Positions 18,419-28,486 of a DNA stretch of 64,000 nt are shown one piece after another (the first letter of the stretch is position 1; each line of letters starts with the position of its first letter). The position numbers were made by a program, and so were the translations under genes. The DNA is from Deltaproteobacteria bacterium (GTDB lineage Bacteria; BMS3Abin14): NCBI GenBank assembly GCA_013151915.1, contig JAADHJ010000033.1, forward strand, positions 37,642 to 101,641, given 5' to 3'. Under the pieces are notes generated by a model, which made no database searches, was not told where the DNA came from, and saw only the letters and a list, made by a program, of their open reading frames with translations.

Positions 18419-20992
18419 CTAGTACAGCGTGGTGCCGGCTTCCAAATACTCATTGAATCTCATTGAAAACCGTGTCCCTTTCTCTCCGTATACATCAAGG
18501 CTGCCGCCAAGCTGGTCGATGAGAAGCACCACCAGCTGCAGGCCCATGGATTTTGTCTTACGGACATCGAACCCGTCCGGGAGTCCTACGCCGTTGTCTG
18601 AAACAATCAACTCATACTCGCCGCCGGGAAGCACCCTGAACCCGATGCGTATCTCGCCTTTTCGTCCGTCTGGAAAGGCGTGCTTGAGGGAGTTGGATAT
18701 CAGCTCGTTAATGATGAGGCCGCACGGGATGGCGGTATCCACCATCATCTCGATGTGTTCAGTTTCCAGGATCAGGTTAACCCGATCCTGTTTTTCCACG
18801 TATGATTCGAACAGGTTGGACGTCAGGTTCTGTATGTAGGCGGCGAGGTCCACATGAGTCAGGTCAGCGGCCTGGTAGAGCTCCTCATGGATGAGCGCCA
18901 TGGTGCTGACCCTGTTCTGGCTCTCCCTGTAGACATTCCTCGCTCCGTCGTCAGTGACGTGATGCGCCTGAAGATTCAGGAGCCCTGAGATAACCTGAAG
19001 GTTGTTCTTTACGCGGTGGTGGATTTCCTTGAGAAGCAGCTCCTTTTCCTCCACCGACGCCCTCAGCCTGTCCTGTGCCGCTTTGAGTTCACTGATGTCC
19101 CGTGTGACGGAAAGGATGTGCGGCACCCCGCCCAGGTTGAAGGACTTGGCTGACATGAGGCCCGTTATTATCCGGCCGTTTTTCATGCGGAAGGGGGCCT
19201 CCAGGTTTTCGACCTTGCCGTTCTTCCTCAGGCCTTCGATAAGTTTTTCCCTGTCTTCGAGATCGGCCCAGATGTTTATTTCCAGGGAGGATTTCCCCAG
19301 AACATCCTCTCTGGAGTACCCGGAAATAGTCGTGAAACCCTCGTTGATGTCAATGTATACCCCATCTTCGAGTCTGTTGATGTTGATGGAATCCGGGCTG
19401 GTTCTGAACGCCGTCCTGAAACGTTCTTCCGACTCTTTCAAGGCATCCTCGGCAACCTTTCTCTCGGTGATATCACGGGTCACCCCAACCAGGCCGATGG
19501 CCTTCCCGTCTTTGTCACGGAGAAACCGGGTCGTAATCTCGCCCCATACCGTTCCACCGTCCTTACGGAGGAACTCCAGGTCGAGGGTCCTGGAGCGGTC
19601 GGGATCCCCGCCGCCTGCGGCATCGAGGGCGGCTTCCTCTCCCAAGGCTTTTTGTGCTAGTTTGAAGGATTCCGGGGTCAGTGTGTCCTCCAGTTTCATC
19701 TGCAGCATCTCGTCCACCGAATAGCCGCGCATGAGGGTTACTGAGGGGCTGAGGTAGGTCCAGTGGAGATCGAGGTCCATGGTCCATATGACATCGGTGA
19801 CGTTGTCCGCAAGGAACCTGTACTTCTCCTCGCTTTTGCGAACCATCTCCTCGGCCCACCTGCGCTCTGTGATATCCCGGACATATTCGATGACACCGTC
19901 CACCTTTCCCGTCTCCGGTTCCACCAGCGGAAACACGAAGATCTCCAGCCATCCGGTTGATTCTCCAGATGGCCCTATCCGCGGTACAACCCTGAATCTG
20001 ACTTCGCCCCCGTCAAGTGCACCCCGGTCTGGACAATTTTCGCATTTTCTCCCCAGCCCATGGTAGACCAGGTGGCATTTCTTCCCCACCAGCGGCATCT
20101 GGTGGCGAAACCATCTTTCCATCGTAGGATTGACCCTGATTATGCGCATCTCGGTGTCCATGATACTGATGCCGTCCTGAATGCTGTCGAAAACCCGGGC
20201 TAAAAACCGCTCTCTCTCCTCCAGGCTTTTCCTCATCCTTCCTATACCGCCTGCCAGGTACTCGAACTCCCGGATGCCCCGGTAGACAGGGAGACCACCC
20301 TCCTCTATGGAGTGGATTATCTGTCCAATCGGCCGGTTGATATTCCAGCGAAGCAACAGGTAGAGGAGTACCGCCGCGAGTACAAGTATGAGACCTGTGG
20401 CCCACTGGGCGTAGTGGATATTGACGATCAGACCGGCGTATTGGGAAGCGTCCTTTAGATGAAAGATCTGCCATCGCCAGGGACCAAAACCAAAGTGATA
20501 GACATAATATTCCTTGCCGGCCCATTTAACCCTGGCTGTTTCGCTTTCCGGAAACTGATGCTCAATACGCCTGATAAAGTCGATGGGAAACCCACCGTTA
20601 AGGACGAGCCTGTTCTCCGTCTCTGAATAGACGATCACGCTGAAATCTTTCTGCCGGCCGAAATCCTCAAGCTCGCCCAGTGTCTTTCCCTGATAGATCC
20701 GCTCCAGATTGCGATCCCTTAGCCCTCCTGACATTACCATGCTGTAGTACTGCCGGTTGACAATGTCGTAGGAAAGCTTCGAGGTCCACACCATATCCTC
20801 TTTTATGGAACTGGCCTGAAAATCACTGAGGGTTCCAAGGACGAAAATACTCAACCCGACCCCTATGAGCGACAGCATGAGTACCACCGGCGCGATGATT
20901 CTGAAATTAAGCCTGAAGATGATATCCAGTTTACTTTTCATCGGTGGGATGGGGTGCCCCGCGGAACACGGGGGGAGCCGTCTGGAGTTCAC
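18419..20992 (-). CDS. Sensor histidine kinase: periplasmic sensor domain, 2 TM, multiple PAS domains, HisKA_2 + HATPase (alternative start MKSK at 20941)
   Basis: HisKA_2 H-box LLKEIHHRVKNNLQVISGLLNLQAHH...STMALIHEELYQ. C-terminal ATPase LILNELISNSLKHAFP...SDNGVGLP. PAS-type repeats with VTRDITERK. Confidence 0.8.
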   Translation of the reverse strand: MNSRRLPPCSAGHPIPPMKSKLDIIFRLNFRIIAPVVLMLSLIGVGLSIFVLGTLSDFQASSIKEDMVWTSKLSYDIVNRQYYSMVMSGGLRDRNLERIYQGKTLGELEDFGRQKDFSVIVYSETENRLVLNGGFPIDFIRRIEHQFPESETARVKWAGKEYYVYHFGFGPWRWQIFHLKDASQYAGLIVNIHYAQWATGLILVLAAVLLYLLLRWNINRPIGQIIHSIEEGGLPVYRGIREFEYLAGGIGRMRKSLEERERFLARVFDSIQDGISIMDTEMRIIRVNPTMERWFRHQMPLVGKKCHLVYHGLGRKCENCPDRGALDGGEVRFRVVPRIGPSGESTGWLEIFVFPLVEPETGKVDGVIEYVRDITERRWAEEMVRKSEEKYRFLADNVTDVIWTMDLDLHWTYLSPSVTLMRGYSVDEMLQMKLEDTLTPESFKLAQKALGEEAALDAAGGGDPDRSRTLDLEFLRKDGGTVWGEITTRFLRDKDGKAIGLVGVTRDITERKVAEDALKESEERFRTAFRTSPDSININRLEDGVYIDINEGFTTISGYSREDVLGKSSLEINIWADLEDREKLIEGLRKNGKVENLEAPFRMKNGRIITGLMSAKSFNLGGVPHILSVTRDISELKAAQDRLRASVEEKELLLKEIHHRVKNNLQVISGLLNLQAHHVTDDGARNVYRESQNRVSTMALIHEELYQAADLTHVDLAAYIQNLTSNLFESYVEKQDRVNLILETEHIEMMVDTAIPCGLIINELISNSLKHAFPDGRKGEIRIGFRVLPGGEYELIVSDNGVGLPDGFDVRKTKSMGLQLVVLLIDQLGGSLDVYGEKGTRFSMRFNEYLEAGTTLY

Positions 20993-22139
20993 TGGGCCAA
21001 ACTGTCTCTTTTGTCCCGCTTTGCCATTGAATGATCACCGGGAACTGCCTTATCTGCATCCCGGTCCTGTCCACCCCGTAACGGCCGATCAGGCTCATGG
21101 TATCCATGTTGGCCAGGGTTTTTCTCAATCGGGGGCGGTCCAATGATTTGGCTTTCCTGACTGCAGATTCCAGGATGACGCAGGACGCGAAGGCGGTGGC
21201 GGCGTGGTAGGAGGGAAGAAGGGCGAAAGCATCTTTGAACGCAGAGACAAACTCACGCGACCCCGGGAAGGACAGATCAGGATGAGGCTCCCACTGGGAG
21301 GAGGAAAATGTCCCATCGGCCATATCGCCGAGGCGGTCGTGATATGACTGAAGAACAGGCCCCACGGAGGCATAGAAAGCGGATGGTATCCAGCCGATCT
21401 GATTCAATGCTTTTCGAGCGTTGACGGCCTCATTAAAGTGACCGCAGATGATGAGGACATCCGCCCCTGAATCTCGGGCCTGTCTAAGGATTCCCTTCAG
21501 ATCGACGGTCCCCTTGACGAAGCTTCCGCTGAAAACCGTATTCAATCCGTACCGCCCGGCCCATTTCCGGGTTCCGTCGGCAATGCTTAAAGAGAAGGCG
21601 TCATCGGCGTTGATGATGGCTATCCTATCAATATCATTCATGACGAGCATCTCAAGAAAACCGACCGTGTATCTGCCCGCCGGGGTATAAACACCGAAGA
21701 CATTGTCGTAGCCCTGTTCCCAAATACTGTCCGAGGAGGCTCCCCCCACAAGGAGTGGATAACCATAGCGCGCCGTTACGGGAAGGACGGCCATGGTGAT
21801 CTCGCTGGAGTATGGACCTAAAACCAGATCCACCTTTTCCTTTACGATCATCTCCTCGTACAGGGATGCTGCCTTTTTCCCGTCGCTTGCGTCATCCTTG
21901 ATGATCATTTCAACCTTTCGGCCGAGAAGGCCGCCGCGTTCGTTCACCTGCCTTGCCCAGAGGGTGTATCCCATCTTCTGCATTACGGACATCTCGGTGT
22001 ATTTTCCCGTCAGTCCCAGTGTCAACCCGATCCTGACCGGAGCCGACGCCAGGACCGGGCCTGCCGCCAACAACAACGCCGACAGACAAACACAGACCGG
22101 AATTGACCGTCTCATCCAAAAAGCTCTATTCATTCCCAT
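20931..22139 (-). CDS. ABC-type branched-chain amino acid (LivJ/LivK-like, type 1 periplasmic binding fold) substrate-binding protein
   Basis: Signal peptide. VRIGLTLGLTGKYTE...GGLLGRKVEMIIKDDASDGKKAA...VDLVLGPYSSE. Immediately upstream of the histidine kinase gene, with a 0-60 bp overlap. Confidence 0.75.
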   Translation of the reverse strand: MGMNRAFWMRRSIPVCVCLSALLLAAGPVLASAPVRIGLTLGLTGKYTEMSVMQKMGYTLWARQVNERGGLLGRKVEMIIKDDASDGKKAASLYEEMIVKEKVDLVLGPYSSEITMAVLPVTARYGYPLLVGGASSDSIWEQGYDNVFGVYTPAGRYTVGFLEMLVMNDIDRIAIINADDAFSLSIADGTRKWAGRYGLNTVFSGSFVKGTVDLKGILRQARDSGADVLIICGHFNEAVNARKALNQIGWIPSAFYASVGPVLQSYHDRLGDMADGTFSSSQWEPHPDLSFPGSREFVSAFKDAFALLPSYHAATAFASCVILESAVRKAKSLDRPRLRKTLANMDTMSLIGRYGVDRTGMQIRQFPVIIQWQSGTKETVWPSELQTAPPVFRGAPHPTDEK

Positions 22140-22204
22140 TCAACATCCCTTGCCGGAACATCATTTCAAAAAAAACCGCATAATCCATAATTTATTGGTT
22201 CATC

Positions 22205-22295
22205 CGGTTAATGCGTACCCTTCCCTTCCGCCTGTCATTGCGAGCCGAACCTAATGCGAAGCAATCCCGAAGAATTTCGCAGGCTGCGCCAGGAT
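22205..22295 (+). repeat. Family C short repeat (taatgcgtacc...ctgtcattgcgagcc...gcaatc)
   Basis: Shares about 30 conserved nt with 26472-26545; directly abuts family B copy B1. Confidence 0.4.
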
Positions 22296-22450
22296 CAAAA
22301 GCTTTTAACACAGTACAGCCCCTCACAGGCTGCTCCACAGGGTTTTAAAAGAGGGTTTTACAAGGAAGATCTTAAACCCATAAGGTCCTGGTTTAGCCCG
22401 TTAAGGATTTTGATTTAACCCCGTGTACCCTGTGTTAAACAAGTTTTTCC
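22296..22450 (+). repeat. Family B ~155-bp intergenic repeat, full copy
   Basis: caaaagcttttaacac..gcagcccctcacaggctgc(hairpin)tccacagggtttt...ttaaccccgtgtaccctgtgttaaac; about 85% identical to the copy at 28487-28625. Confidence 0.8.
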
Positions 22451-22591
22451 CTGTTCCGGTATTTATCCTATCCAGGTGCTCATTCTTACGATGATTCTAA
22501 TTAATTATCATTTCACATGGATTATACCTTCGTAGATTACGATTCTGCAACCAAAATGGGGCCGGCTGTTACTGGAAAATTTATATGCAAT

Positions 22592-24436
22592 TCAAGGGAT
22601 TTTCTCCCATTTCCTGTGTGCGCTCTCCAGTGCCTCGGTTGCCAGGCATAAAAGCTCGTAATGTCCCTCGATATCCACCGACAGTCCATGGTTTTCCCTG
22701 GAAAGTTCCGCGATCTTTTCTGCCATGCCGGCGGTGGATGCCTCTACGAGCGATTCTTCATTTTCCCGAAGGCCCCGTTCCATCTTTACGATCATATCCT
22801 CTAGTTCCATGACCCTGGCTTCCAGCGGACGGAGGGCAAGGGAACGTTCACGGATCGACTCGGCCCTTGCCCTTCTCGCCGCCTTGCTTCGCTTTGAGCC
22901 ACCTGCCTTTTTCCCTTTTTCCCGGCCCTGAGAATCCTGTCCGGAATCCTCGGCCCGCCAGCCCATTTTCTCGATGAACTGTGGATATGTTCCCTCGAAA
23001 ACAGATACCGCGCCATTGTCAAACACTATGAGCCGGTTGGCAAACGCTTCAAGGAACCGCTCGTTGTGGGTCACCATGACAAGAGCCCCGTCAAACCGGT
23101 CCAGCGCCTCGAAAAGGGCTTCGCCGGACTCCATGTCAAGATGGTTGGTTGGCTCATCAAGAAGAAGAAGGTGAACGGGATCCAGCAGAAGTTTTCCCAG
23201 AAGGACTCTGCATCTCTCGCCGCCCGACAGAACGGAGATCCTTTTCAAGGCATTTTCGTCAACGAACATCATCCTTCCGCAAATGGAGATGGATTTCTGC
23301 AGGGACCCATCAGGGTCGGAGGACCTGATCTCCTCCACCACAGTCCGATCCGATCGAAGACGTTCCACGTTGGTCTGGGCATAATAACCCACCTTGAGCC
23401 TGGGGTGGGACTTAACCTCTCCTTTTATCGGACGAAGTTCCCCGGCAAGGAGGCGGAGCAGGGTGGACTTGCCCTTCCCGTTGGCGCCGATCACCCCGAT
23501 GCGGTCACCCTTCCCCACAACCACATTCAGATCATCGATGAGTTTCACCTGTTGCCCGGGGTAGGAGAAGGACATGCCGGAGATCTCCATCATCACCCTG
23601 GACCTGAAGGGCAGCGAAGTGAAGGAGAAACGGAGAGAACGGATCTCCTCGAGCTTTTCGGCAATGCCGGCCTTCTCCAGGGTCTTTATACGGGACTGGA
23701 CCAGGCCACCGAGCCTTGCTTTCGCTCTGAACCTCCGGATAAATTCCTCCGTCTGTTGCCTCTTTTTCTCGAGGTTGACTCGGGATTTCTCGAAAATCTC
23801 CTCCTCCATCCTGATCTGATGGTAGTATTTCCCGGTATTACCGCGGATTTTGCGGAATTTCCTGCGGTGAATCCCCATGGTGTGGGTGGTCACCTTGTCC
23901 ATGAACCCCCTGTCGTGCGTTACAAGCAGCAGCTCCCCACTCCATGCGAGAAAAAACCTCTCCAGCCATCTGATGGCGATGATATCCAGATAATTGGTGG
24001 GCTCATCGAGAAGGAGGAGATCAGGCCTGGAGACCAGAAGCCTGGCAAGGTTCAGGCGGACCTGGTAGCCGCCGGACAACTCCAACGGGGAGCGCCCCTG
24101 GTCGGCGATGGAAAATCCCAGGCCGGCCAGGACCTTTTCAGCCTTCCATAGATCGTCCCGCTCACCGTGATTCAGGTCCTGCGCAGCCTCCATGAGAACG
24201 GTCGCCTGAGTAAAATGGAGTATTTGAGCGAGATGTCCGACACGGTAACCTTTGGGGATGGAGAGGCTCCCCGAGTCCGGGGTCTCCTCTCCGGTGATAA
24301 GACGGAGGAGCGTCGTCTTGCCGTGTCCGTTTCGGCCCACAAGACCCACCCGTTCACCCCGGTTGATGTTGAAGTTCACCTCGTCGAAGAGGACATGGGA
24401 ACCATATGATTTGGAGAGGTTTACTACCTTGAGCAT
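22592..24436 (-). CDS. ABC-F family ATPase (two ABC domains, no TMD; Uup/YheS-like with C-terminal basic coiled coil)
   Basis: Walker A GRNGHGKTT and GANGKGKST. Signatures LSGGYQVRLNLARLL and LSGGERCRVLLGKLL. C-terminal KKAGGSKRSKAARRARAE... Confidence 0.85.
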   Translation of the reverse strand: MLKVVNLSKSYGSHVLFDEVNFNINRGERVGLVGRNGHGKTTLLRLITGEETPDSGSLSIPKGYRVGHLAQILHFTQATVLMEAAQDLNHGERDDLWKAEKVLAGLGFSIADQGRSPLELSGGYQVRLNLARLLVSRPDLLLLDEPTNYLDIIAIRWLERFFLAWSGELLLVTHDRGFMDKVTTHTMGIHRRKFRKIRGNTGKYYHQIRMEEEIFEKSRVNLEKKRQQTEEFIRRFRAKARLGGLVQSRIKTLEKAGIAEKLEEIRSLRFSFTSLPFRSRVMMEISGMSFSYPGQQVKLIDDLNVVVGKGDRIGVIGANGKGKSTLLRLLAGELRPIKGEVKSHPRLKVGYYAQTNVERLRSDRTVVEEIRSSDPDGSLQKSISICGRMMFVDENALKRISVLSGGERCRVLLGKLLLDPVHLLLLDEPTNHLDMESGEALFEALDRFDGALVMVTHNERFLEAFANRLIVFDNGAVSVFEGTYPQFIEKMGWRAEDSGQDSQGREKGKKAGGSKRSKAARRARAESIRERSLALRPLEARVMELEDMIVKMERGLRENEESLVEASTAGMAEKIAELSRENHGLSVDIEGHYELLCLATEALESAHRKWEKIP

Positions 24437-24518
24437 CTTTTCAGACCAGAAAGGTTTTTTTCATGATGTTTTTCAAGAGATCATTCGGCTTTAAACATCC
24501 GGGGAATCCGAGAAATGG

Positions 24519-26396
24519 TCAGGTCAGGTTGATTCCCGCCTCGCGGTACTCCTTAAACGAAACGGTGAACCGTGTCCCCCCCCGCCTGTCAAGCTCCATG
24601 GTGCCGCCAAGCTGTTCGACCAGGATATTGACCAGCTGCATACCAAGGGATTTAGTCCTGGTAATATCCAGGTCCTTCGGAAAACCTGCGCCGTCGTCGG
24701 CCACGGACAGAGTGTAGCTCTTTTCGCCGTTGGATACGAACCTGACTTTCATCTTTCCGCGGCGGCCGTCCGGAAAGGCGTGTTTGAGAGAATTACTCAC
24801 CAACTCGTTGAGGATGAGGCCACAGGGAATGGCTGTATCCACAACCATGTTGACATCCTCGAGATCCAGTTCAAGGGACAGGGCATCGGGATCGATGCTG
24901 TAGGATGCGAAAAGATTTTTTACCAGGCTCCTGATATAATCGGAAAAATCCACGCTTGCCAGATCCCTGGCCTGGTACAGTTCTTCGTGGATCAGGGCCA
25001 TTGTCTTCACCCTGTTCTGGCTCTCCTTGAAGATGCCTTTAACCTTCTCATCCCCGATATAGTGCGACTGGAGATTAAGCAGGCCGGAAATAACCTGCAG
25101 GTTATTCTTCACCCTGTGGTGAATCTCCTTCAGAAGGACATCCTTCTCGGCCAGGGAGTCTCTAATCCTGTCCTCGGCCAACTTGCGGTCCGTGATGTCC
25201 CTGAGGATGCCCAATACAGCCATGGAACCTGAGAACTCGAAGAGATGTGAATTGACCTCCACGGGTATTTCTGCACCACTCTTGGATACCAGGACCCTTT
25301 CGAAGACAGCGCTGCCCTCGGTCTGAAATCTCTTTTCTACCTCCACCCCGTCCGTTTCGGACTCCGGTTTTATGAAATCCCGGGGGGTCATTTTCAAAAG
25401 TTCCTCCCTGGTATAGCCGAGCATGGCGCTCATCTTGTGGTTGACTTCGAGAATTCTTCCAGGCCGCCCATCCTCCAACGATTCGTAGACCAAGAGGCCG
25501 TCGTTGGCTTTATTGAAGAGTACGCGGTATTTAATCTCACTGTCCTTGAGCGCTGTCTCCATCCGTTTCCGGTCGGTGATATCCTCGAGAACGCTCAATG
25601 TGTGGGACACCTTCCCGTTGTCGTCAAAAAGGGGAAGAATGGTCTCCCTTAAGTATCGACCCGGCAGGGGTGAAACAATGTCATGGGGACCGAACCGCCG
25701 CCCTTCCTCTCTCACCCTGGTGATTCTCTCAATAATTTCCCGCTTGTTCGGTCCATCGGGCATGAATTCTTCCGGTGTCCTCCCCAGGACCTCCTCGGGG
25801 TCAAACCCCGTCACCGCCTGGTATGCGCTGCTCACCCTGACAGTATGCATATCCGGATCATGCAGGACGAAGGCCAAAGGAGACCCGTCCAGTATCTTCT
25901 CATCAATCTCCTGCAACTCCGCCAGTTTCCTTTGTGCCTCTGCCAGTTCCGTCACATCCCTGACAATGGCAAGGACCTCCCCATCACCGAAAAGGACCAT
26001 GCGGGCCTCGTATTGACATGGGAGACCATCCACATGCAGCTCATATTGAAAATATTGGGGCACGCCCGTTGCCAGAGTCCGTCCAATATATTCCAGAACA
26101 TTCCCCGATACATCGGGAGGGAGGACATCCTTTATGTTTTTTCCCAGGAATTCTTCGGGGGGCAGAAGAGGGCTAATCCCGGGTGCGGGTTTGAAATCCA
26201 GGAGCGTTCCATTCGCGTCGAAGACAAAAAACATGTCTGGAACGGCCTCAAGGAGAACACCGGCGCCACCATCGACCCGGCTGTCAAGGATCTTTCCCTT
26301 CCCCGCCCACCGGGGGAAAAGGATCGGCCTCAGCAAACCGATGATGAAGACACACCCGGCTCCGATGAGAATGCCGGCCAGCAAAGGCCCTGTCAC
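24519..26396 (-). CDS. Sensor histidine kinase: N-terminal TM, PAS domains, HisKA_2 + HATPase (paralogue of the 18419-20992 kinase)
   Basis: LLKEIHHRVKNNLQVISGLLNLQSHY...TMALIHEELYQ; LILNELVSNSLKHAFP...ADDGAGFP. Confidence 0.8.
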   Translation of the reverse strand: MTGPLLAGILIGAGCVFIIGLLRPILFPRWAGKGKILDSRVDGGAGVLLEAVPDMFFVFDANGTLLDFKPAPGISPLLPPEEFLGKNIKDVLPPDVSGNVLEYIGRTLATGVPQYFQYELHVDGLPCQYEARMVLFGDGEVLAIVRDVTELAEAQRKLAELQEIDEKILDGSPLAFVLHDPDMHTVRVSSAYQAVTGFDPEEVLGRTPEEFMPDGPNKREIIERITRVREEGRRFGPHDIVSPLPGRYLRETILPLFDDNGKVSHTLSVLEDITDRKRMETALKDSEIKYRVLFNKANDGLLVYESLEDGRPGRILEVNHKMSAMLGYTREELLKMTPRDFIKPESETDGVEVEKRFQTEGSAVFERVLVSKSGAEIPVEVNSHLFEFSGSMAVLGILRDITDRKLAEDRIRDSLAEKDVLLKEIHHRVKNNLQVISGLLNLQSHYIGDEKVKGIFKESQNRVKTMALIHEELYQARDLASVDFSDYIRSLVKNLFASYSIDPDALSLELDLEDVNMVVDTAIPCGLILNELVSNSLKHAFPDGRRGKMKVRFVSNGEKSYTLSVADDGAGFPKDLDITRTKSLGMQLVNILVEQLGGTMELDRRGGTRFTVSFKEYREAGINLT

Positions 26397-26471
26397 CGGC
26401 GTCTCCTGATCCCTGGAATTGCAGGCCCCTTCAATTCAGTCATCAGCGTCCTAAATTTAAGGTTCATCACA

Positions 26472-26545
26472 ATAATGCGTACCTTTATTATTTCGCTGTC
26501 ATTGCGAGCCCGAGTGAAACCGTAGGCGTGGCAATCTCATGCGGA
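26472..26545 (+). repeat. Family C short repeat, second copy
   Basis: aataatgcgtacctttattatttcgctgtcattgcgagcccgag...ggcaatc. Confidence 0.4.
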
Positions 26546-26647
26546 GCTGTAAAAGGTCGTTCCGGCGCCCTCCGGCCGCCACGGGATCGCTTCACCCGGA
26601 TATGGTTCGCGATGACAAATAGTGGGGTATGGTCCTCATCCAGGTGG

Positions 26648-27133
26648 TCAGGACCCACAGGATTCTCCATGCCGGTGGGAATGACCATGGGAAAGCTCCT
26701 CATCGGTGGAATTGCGAACACCCACGATCTTCACCTGAAAATTCAGTGTCTCTCCGGCCATGGGGTGGTTACTGTCTATGGTTATCTTTTCGCCCTCTAC
26801 GGCGGTTATCGTTACGATAATAAGACCATCGTCTGTCGGCACCTGGAACTGCATTCCCGGCTCAAGGTCACCATCCACATCAAGGATGGTTCTGTCTATC
26901 ACCTGGGTCAGAGACTCGTCCCGCCGGCCGTAGGCATCCTCAGGAGGTATGGTGACGGTCAGCTCATCCCCTGTCTTTTTCCCCTCCAGGGCCTTTTCCA
27001 GACCCTCAATGATATTTCCAGCGCCGTGAATATAATTCAGTGGATCCCGGCCGTTAGAAGAATCGATAACAACCCCCTTGCCGTTTTTGAGTGTATATTC
27101 GATGGAAACCACCTTGTTTTTCGCAATTCGCAT
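26648..27133 (-). CDS. slyD: FKBP-type peptidyl-prolyl cis-trans isomerase SlyD with His-rich metal-binding tail
   Basis: MRIAKNKVVSIEYTLKNGKGVVIDSS...LNYIHGAGNIIEGLEKALEGKKTGDELTVTIPPEDAYG. C-terminal SHGHSHRHGESCGS. Confidence 0.75.
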   Translation of the reverse strand: MRIAKNKVVSIEYTLKNGKGVVIDSSNGRDPLNYIHGAGNIIEGLEKALEGKKTGDELTVTIPPEDAYGRRDESLTQVIDRTILDVDGDLEPGMQFQVPTDDGLIIVTITAVEGEKITIDSNHPMAGETLNFQVKIVGVRNSTDEELSHGHSHRHGESCGS

Positions 27134-27383
27134 TTTATCTCTCCATTTAACATGGTGGCGGGATAGCCCCAGGATGCACGCTCCGCGCACATCCTGCTTG
27201 ATGGACTTCTTGCAACCCTATTATCCTATCTTTCCTGCCCTTTTACGGCAAGGCCCTAAAGCCGGCAAAAAACAGCAGCTGAGATGGATTGTCAATGGAG
27301 ATGAGTGGTTCCCTATGAACGGTAAATATTATAGAGTCAGCGTATGGGTGTTCCGGGCATGAAGGTAAGGACGGGGGGCATGG

Positions 27384-28427
27384 ATGGGGATTGAACGGAG
27401 TAGAATTTCCGTGGCCCTCCTGGCGGTGCTGGCAACGGTGGCAGTGGGTTTCGTATTGCAACAGGCCCAGTCTGTGATTCTTCCCCTGATAATTGCCTGG
27501 CTCCTATCCTTTATTCTGGCGCCCGCCGTCAACATGATGGCGGGAAAAAGGGTTCCAAGACCAATAGCCATATTCCTTGTCCTGGTCCTGCTGATCGGGA
27601 TCCTCTACATTGCAATCATTTTTCTGAACGGACGCATATCCACCTTTATCTCCGCGTTTCCAAAATACCATAGCCGTTTCAACGAGATAACGCAGCTTGT
27701 CAGGGACAGATTCAACCTCGCCCACAATCCTCTTACTGAATTCAACTGGATGATCACCCTGCGCACATTCCTGGTGAAGCTCTCGGGGTCTCTCCTGTTC
27801 GTCATGAACAAACTGATTCTTGTGGTTATCTTCCTGGTATTCATCCTGCTGGGACATCCCTACCTCAGGTTCAAGATCAAGAAGGCCCTCTCAGACGAAA
27901 ATGCCGAGAAGGTCACCCTTATAATCAACACAATATCCTCACAGTTCAGCCGCTACCTGGTTATACAGTTCATTATCAGCCTTGCCACCGGAATTCTCGT
28001 TTGGCTTTCACTGACCGTCATCGGGGTGGATTTCGCTGTAACGTGGGGCGCGTTGGCTTTTTTGCTCAATTTTATTCCGACCATTGGATCAATAATATCC
28101 GCGGTTCCTCCCATCCTTCTTGCCTTCATTCAGTTCTTCCCGGTATTCTGGCCCGGGGTGGCGACTTTTATCGCACTCCTGACTATTCATATGGTCATTG
28201 GAAGCGTCGTTGCCCCCAAGGTGGTTGGGGACAGGCTGAACCTGAGCCCGGTGGTGATCCTCCTGTCCCTGCTGTTCTGGGGCTGGCTATGGGGAATCAT
28301 CGGGGCGCTCCTCTCCGTCCCCATCGCCTCGGCGGTCAAGATCCTGTGCGAAAACGTGGAGGAGCTAAGACCAATAAGCATAATGATGGGATCCGGTAAA
28401 TCTTACCAGGATGAATTTTCCGAATAG
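27384..28427 (+). CDS. AI-2E (PerM/UPF0118) family transporter
   Basis: 8 TM helices. Signature region LLNFIPTIGSIISAVPPILLAFIQ...LNLSPVVILLSLLFWGWLWGIIGALLSVPIASAV. Confidence 0.75.
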   Translation: MGIERSRISVALLAVLATVAVGFVLQQAQSVILPLIIAWLLSFILAPAVNMMAGKRVPRPIAIFLVLVLLIGILYIAIIFLNGRISTFISAFPKYHSRFNEITQLVRDRFNLAHNPLTEFNWMITLRTFLVKLSGSLLFVMNKLILVVIFLVFILLGHPYLRFKIKKALSDENAEKVTLIINTISSQFSRYLVIQFIISLATGILVWLSLTVIGVDFAVTWGALAFLLNFIPTIGSIISAVPPILLAFIQFFPVFWPGVATFIALLTIHMVIGSVVAPKVVGDRLNLSPVVILLSLLFWGWLWGIIGALLSVPIASAVKILCENVEELRPISIMMGSGKSYQDEFSE

Positions 28428-28450
28428 GGTTGCTGACTTCGCAAAAAGTC
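28428..28450 (+). repeat. Family A fragment (hairpin 1 half only)
   Basis: ggttgctgacttcgcaaaaagtc matches the first half of the family A hairpin 1; it directly precedes family B copy B2. Confidence 0.4.
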
Positions 28451-28486
28451 CCGCCGGCAGGTTTGCCCCAAGACGGATCTCAAGGT

